DNA of 64,000 nucleotides from Acidobacteriota bacterium (GTDB lineage Bacteria; Acidobacteriota; UBA6911; RPQK01; JAJDTT01). The position numbers were made by a program, and so were the translations under genes. Position 1 is the first letter of the stretch. Each line of letters starts with the position of its first letter. The notes below the pieces were generated by a model. The model ran no database searches and was not told the origin of the DNA. It saw only the letters and a program-made list of their open reading frames with translations. The stretch covers positions 6,134,071-6,198,070 of the forward strand of contig OZ253580.1 of assembly GCA_965263035.1 (NCBI GenBank), given 5' to 3'. Below are positions 59,856 through 64,000 of this stretch, in pieces.

Positions 59856-61586
59856 TCATCGTGGAATGGGAACGACGGGCAGGGTCGTGAAGATGCGGTT
59901 GACGGCGTCCAGCTCCAGGGCCACTCCCGTGAACCTTCCCCCTCCTGACACCGTACAGCGTACCGATCCTTCAAAGTCGGACGTATCGGTCTCGGGGAAC
60001 ATCTCGTGGATGAATTGCGCCGACTGTCCGTCGGCTGCTAGCGGGATTTCCGTCTCTTCCAACACGAGGCCCCCCTGCATCAATCGGCACATCACAATCA
60101 TCTCGAGGCCGGTCAAGTTGCGGACCGCGGCTCCGGTGTTGATTCCGCCCTCCTTTCGGCGCGCCGGGAAGATCACATCGCTGACCGGTGGACTCGTCCC
60201 CACGCCAGCCACTCCCAGCCCTGGACTGTCGAAGCGCAGGAACCCACCGAAAGGGCCATTCGCGACGACCTGCACGGATCCGGTCACCAGGTCCCCCCGG
60301 CCGTGGGTCGAAAAGGTCCGCTCTCCCAGCGGAGCCAACTCCGTCTGGGTGCCCAAAGCCCCATCCTCATGGATTTCCAAGTCTCCAGAGACGTCCACTA
60401 CCGATTCGGCAGCAATGGGGGTCCCCACCGTATCGTAAAAGTAGATGGCGGGTCGGATAGCCGTGGTTCCTATATTCACCAGCACCAAGTCGGAGAATGT
60501 GGACTCCCCATTGGCGAAATGGGGAAAGCTCAGACCCAGTGCGTCATGAACGATCAAGGGCAAATTGGGAGACTTGACCAGCTCGTAACCGTGATGGAAT
60601 CGCGGCAAGCGCGGCAAATCAGTAATGTCTACAGTGACGGCTGAGATCGTGTCGGGACGACGGGCGATCGTGTGGACGGCGCTTTCGAGGCTCCCGGCAA
60701 GAATAACGATACTGCTTGTGCTGCCTTCAATCTCTCCACTAACCAAAGTGGTGGGCAGGACGATTTCAAAGGGCGCACCCGTATGTGCCTTCGCCAAGAA
60801 TTGACTCTCCCCGACTCGTTCCAGTGATACGACAATGGGCGGCCTCCAAAAATTCACCTGCTCCAGCCGACGCTCTCTCTGCTGCAGCCGAAGCTCTCTC
60901 AGCGAGGAGAGGCCAACGAAGAGCCCGTCCGGCAGGCTGGTCAATTGATTTTCATCCAGGTAGAGATTGGCCAGCTCCGAGAGACCGGAAAAGATACCCT
61001 CCGGCAGGCTGGTCAATCGGTTGCCGTCCAGGTAGAGATCTCTCAGCGAGGCGAGGCCGGAGAAGATGTCCGGCGGCAGACTGGTCCGTCGAATTCCACC
61101 CATCCCAAGAACTTGCAATGAGGCGAGGCCGGAGAAGATGTCTGGCGGCAGGCTCTCCAGTGGATTCGAGGTCATCGAAAGGTATTCCAATGAGCCGAGG
61201 CCGGAGAAGATGTCCGGCGGCAGGCTCTCCAGTTCGTTGTAATTTATCTCGAGTTTTTCCAGCGACTTCAGCCCGGAGAAATCCCCCGACCTTAACTCAT
61301 AAATGGGTGTGGGGCGGCCGTGGTGTGTCGCAAATACAATATACGGACCTGTGAGGATGAGGAACCGAATCTCGCCCAGATGGGCCTCGGTCACATCAGC
61401 GCAATCGCTGACTCCCGGCACCCACTTCACGATCTCATCGCGCACTTCCGGGCTCCGGTCGCAGACTGGAGTGATTTGCGCCATGGTCGATCCCGGTGCG
61501 ACTAACAGGCCTACAGTCAAGAGTGCCGTCAGAAGGGAGGATATGGATTGTTGTCGACGGCGAATTGGAGTCCACTCGGACGACAT
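59856..61586 (-). CDS. Family I LRR protein with one constant domain (inverted relative to the array)
   Basis: PVCDRSPEVRDEIV cap, LESLPPDIFSGL repeats, LSFPHFANG...NRIFTTLPVVPIPR. ORF open from 61961; start uncertain. Confidence 0.87.
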   Translation of the reverse strand: MSSEWTPIRRRQQSISSLLTALLTVGLLVAPGSTMAQITPVCDRSPEVRDEIVKWVPGVSDCADVTEAHLGEIRFLILTGPYIVFATHHGRPTPIYELRSGDFSGLKSLEKLEINYNELESLPPDIFSGLGSLEYLSMTSNPLESLPPDIFSGLASLQVLGMGGIRRTSLPPDIFSGLASLRDLYLDGNRLTSLPEGIFSGLSELANLYLDENQLTSLPDGLFVGLSSLRELRLQQRERRLEQVNFWRPPIVVSLERVGESQFLAKAHTGAPFEIVLPTTLVSGEIEGSTSSIVILAGSLESAVHTIARRPDTISAVTVDITDLPRLPRFHHGYELVKSPNLPLIVHDALGLSFPHFANGESTFSDLVLVNIGTTAIRPAIYFYDTVGTPIAAESVVDVSGDLEIHEDGALGTQTELAPLGERTFSTHGRGDLVTGSVQVVANGPFGGFLRFDSPGLGVAGVGTSPPVSDVIFPARRKEGGINTGAAVRNLTGLEMIVMCRLMQGGLVLEETEIPLAADGQSAQFIHEMFPETDTSDFEGSVRCTVSGGGRFTGVALELDAVNRIFTTLPVVPIPR

Positions 61587-63015
61587 CGATATGGGCGGGA
61601 TACTGTCAATTGCCGGTTGGGGCCAGCGAGAGGGAGTTCGGCCCGGACAGGAACACATACTCCGCATCTTTTGCATTTGATCCATCAGGCCAGAAAGCGT
61701 TTGGAAGAGGCCAAATCCGTGGAGCAAGGCCATCTTTCCACCACTCTCTATTCCGGGTAAACCCAATAGGCGGTTGCAACTCGCTCGACATTGATCCCAA
61801 TGCTGGGACTTCGCCTGGTCAAACAATCCTCTAGAGATTCGCCAGGCATTCGTTCTGGATCTCTGTCTGCACATTGAGAATCCAAGGATCCCAATCCAAC
61901 GGCAAGCTTCGATTCTCCCAACCGTGGGATCTCGATGCCGTAGATGTCGCGTATGGTCCACTCATCGTACCAACCGCTGTCACCGACTAGATCAACGTTA
62001 TCGCCGCCGGGATCCTTCCAAACTTGGGCACGCCAATATAGACGATAACTCTCATCAGAAGTATATCTTTTCTTCTCGATGATTTGGACTCGATAGAGCG
62101 TACTTGAATTGTCCCAAAGGAGGCCTGTCATCCTGCACTGTTCGGTCTGCTGTCTCCCGCTTGAGGCCGTGTCTTCCTCTTGAGGGATCCGCACTGGAAA
62201 GTTGAACAGTTTCAGTCGCCTCTCTGTCTTCCCCTCATGCAAACTATCCGAGGAATAGACATCATCGCCAGTGATTTGCAAGGATCCGCACCACAAATTG
62301 CAACATCCCCGTGCCGTATTTCGCCCGAAGACAAAGGCCCCAAAGCGAGTTTGGTTCGGATAGCCGCCCCATGTTCGGTCCCGGACTCGGAGAAAGACGG
62401 CCGCATGAGCTGCGGTGGAGTTGTTATCGTTGACCGCATAGAAATTGAAGGTGTCCCGTTTACGTGGACGGTTTATTAGTGCGGTTTACGTTGGTCTTGG
62501 TTGTAATACTCCTTCTGTCGTTGGGGAGCAAGACTTCCACCCGCTGAATGTCAATGGCCATAGAAAATGTCAGGGTTTTGACCATTGACAGAGCGTTCTT
62601 TCTTCTGTGGGGGGACTGATGGAGGCGTCAGCAAAAGGGCTCCCGTTGTGGGAAATCTCTGATTTTCCACAATGGGATACCGCGTAACGAGGGGGCCTCG
62701 GCGCTCTCTTTCCAGGGATTTAAGAGTGGTGTGTATCTCTTTGCATCCGGGGGTCTCAGGGGGGCAGCGCCCCCCTGCCCTCTTCAATCGTGTCGCGCGC
62801 GACGCTTGGTGCGACGGTGATGGTGCTGGCTTCGTGGTCGAGCAGCGCGAAAACGAACCGGTTCGTGAGGCGGCGTCAGTCCTTCTGAGCCTCCCGGCCC
62901 GCAGGACCGGCATTGGAGGCAGGAAAGACGACCCCAGCAGGTCATCACTGCACTCGGCGAGAGCACGAATCGAGGATCTCGTCGTCCGGATCGAGTTTCG
63001 ACGACGCCGTGGGTC

Positions 63016-64000
63016 CTACGCTGCCTGCTGCTCGTAGCGGACCGGCGACTCGTAGCCCAGCGCCGAGTGTCGGCGGCGCCGGTTGTAGAATCCCTCAATG
63101 AAGTCGAAGACGGCCCGCCTCGCCTGATTCGGATTCCGGAACTGGTGACGGTCCAGCAACTCGCACTCCAGCGTCGCGAAGAAGCTCTCGCACATGGCGT
63201 TGTCGTAAGCGTCCCCCACCGAGCCCATCGACGGCCGCACCCCGGCCTCCCGGCATCTCTTCCCGAAGGCAGTCGAGGTGTACTGCGCCCCTTGGTCCGA
63301 GTGGTGGATCACCTGCTTCGGCTGCCGCCGTATCACCGCCATGGCGAGCGCCTTCTCGACCAGTTCGGACCGCAGATGGGTCTCCATCGCCCAGCCCACG
63401 ACCAAGCGGCTCCAAGCGTCCAGGACCACGGCCACATACAACCAGCCCGCCTTCGTGCGGACATACGTCAGGTCCGCCACCCAGAGCTGATCCGGTCCCT
63501 CAGCCGCGAAGTTCCGGTTCACCAAGTCCGGTGCTGGACGGGCCTCCCGGTCCCTCCGGGTGAGCCCGGCCTTCCGGTGTCTCCGGCTCGCCCCCTGAAT
63601 CCCGGCTTCCCGCATCAATCGACCGACACGCTTCGGGCTCGTCCGTTCCCCTCGAGCTCTCAGTTCGGCATGCAGACGAGGCCGACCGTAAACTCTCCGG
63701 TTCTCGTTCCAGATCTGCACGATCTTTTCCCGAAGCGCCTGGTCCTGGCGAGCTCGATTCGAGGGCAGACGTTTCAACCAGGCGTAGTACCCACTGGGGG
63801 AGAGACCCAACACGCGGCACATCACCCGAATCGGAAACTGGGCCCGGTGCGCCTTTACGAACTCGAATCCTTTCCTGGGATCGAGTCGCTCTCCCGGGCG
63901 AACCAAGCCGCGGCTTTTTTTAGGATGTCCCGCTCCATCCGCAGGCGCTTGATCTCCCGCCTCGCCTGACGCAACTCCTGGCGCTCGAACGTCGTCAACC
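63016..64000 (-). mobile_element. IS3-family element (orfB 63016..63906; orfA runs off the window)
   Basis: VYGRPRL, WVADLTY, HHSDQGAQY, DNAMCESFFATLECE; A7G slippery site near 63914-63921. Ends not resolved. Confidence 0.92.

Noticed and set aside
12265-59860. Classical integron (intI/attC)
   Set aside because: The sites lack the RYYYAAC...GTTRRRY attC ends, and the recombinase remnant resembles a different family. Its catalytic domain, where the IntI-specific insertion would lie, is missing, so this cannot be fully excluded.
61748-62600. Lower-GC reverse-strand ORF fragments
   Set aside because: Probably a broken hypothetical gene; no family recognised and boundaries unclear.

Overview
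GC-rich bacterial window; the content (DUF6178, many secreted LRR/zincin/Sel1/FN3 proteins, TauD-type dioxygenase) suggests an Acidobacteriota-like, possibly animal- or sponge-associated organism (inference only). Bases 1-2.1 kb are housekeeping (nfi, DUF6178). Bases 2.1-12.2 kb are a decayed defence/mobile patch: HsdS, XRE/ImmA and type ISP fragments, an N4-C methyltransferase coupled to a MORC/GHKL-ATPase-nuclease gene split by an intact IS1380, a dead TnpB and a TauD dioxygenase. From about 12.3 to 61.6 kb lies a ~49-kb, mostly co-oriented array of large modular secreted proteins. Each combines a constant ~230-aa domain with swappable LRR, zincin, S8 or M66-like modules. The genes are separated by a repeated 150-250 bp intergenic element carrying two different palindromes of tyrosine-recombinase-site geometry: site A (GTCCGTTAA-CTGAAA-TTAACGGAC, 8 full copies plus 1 half) and site B (TACGATAA-N6/7-TTATCGTA, 7 copies with compensatory arm changes). 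A pseudogenised tyrosine recombinase starts about 6 bp from the first site B and reads away from the array. This is an integron-like layout with no IntI and no attC. Foreign mini-cassettes are bounded by these sites, and the LRR repeats vary almost only at ligand-binding concave-face codons. IS630 and IS3 elements lie at the distal end. No rRNA, tRNA or CRISPR array was seen.
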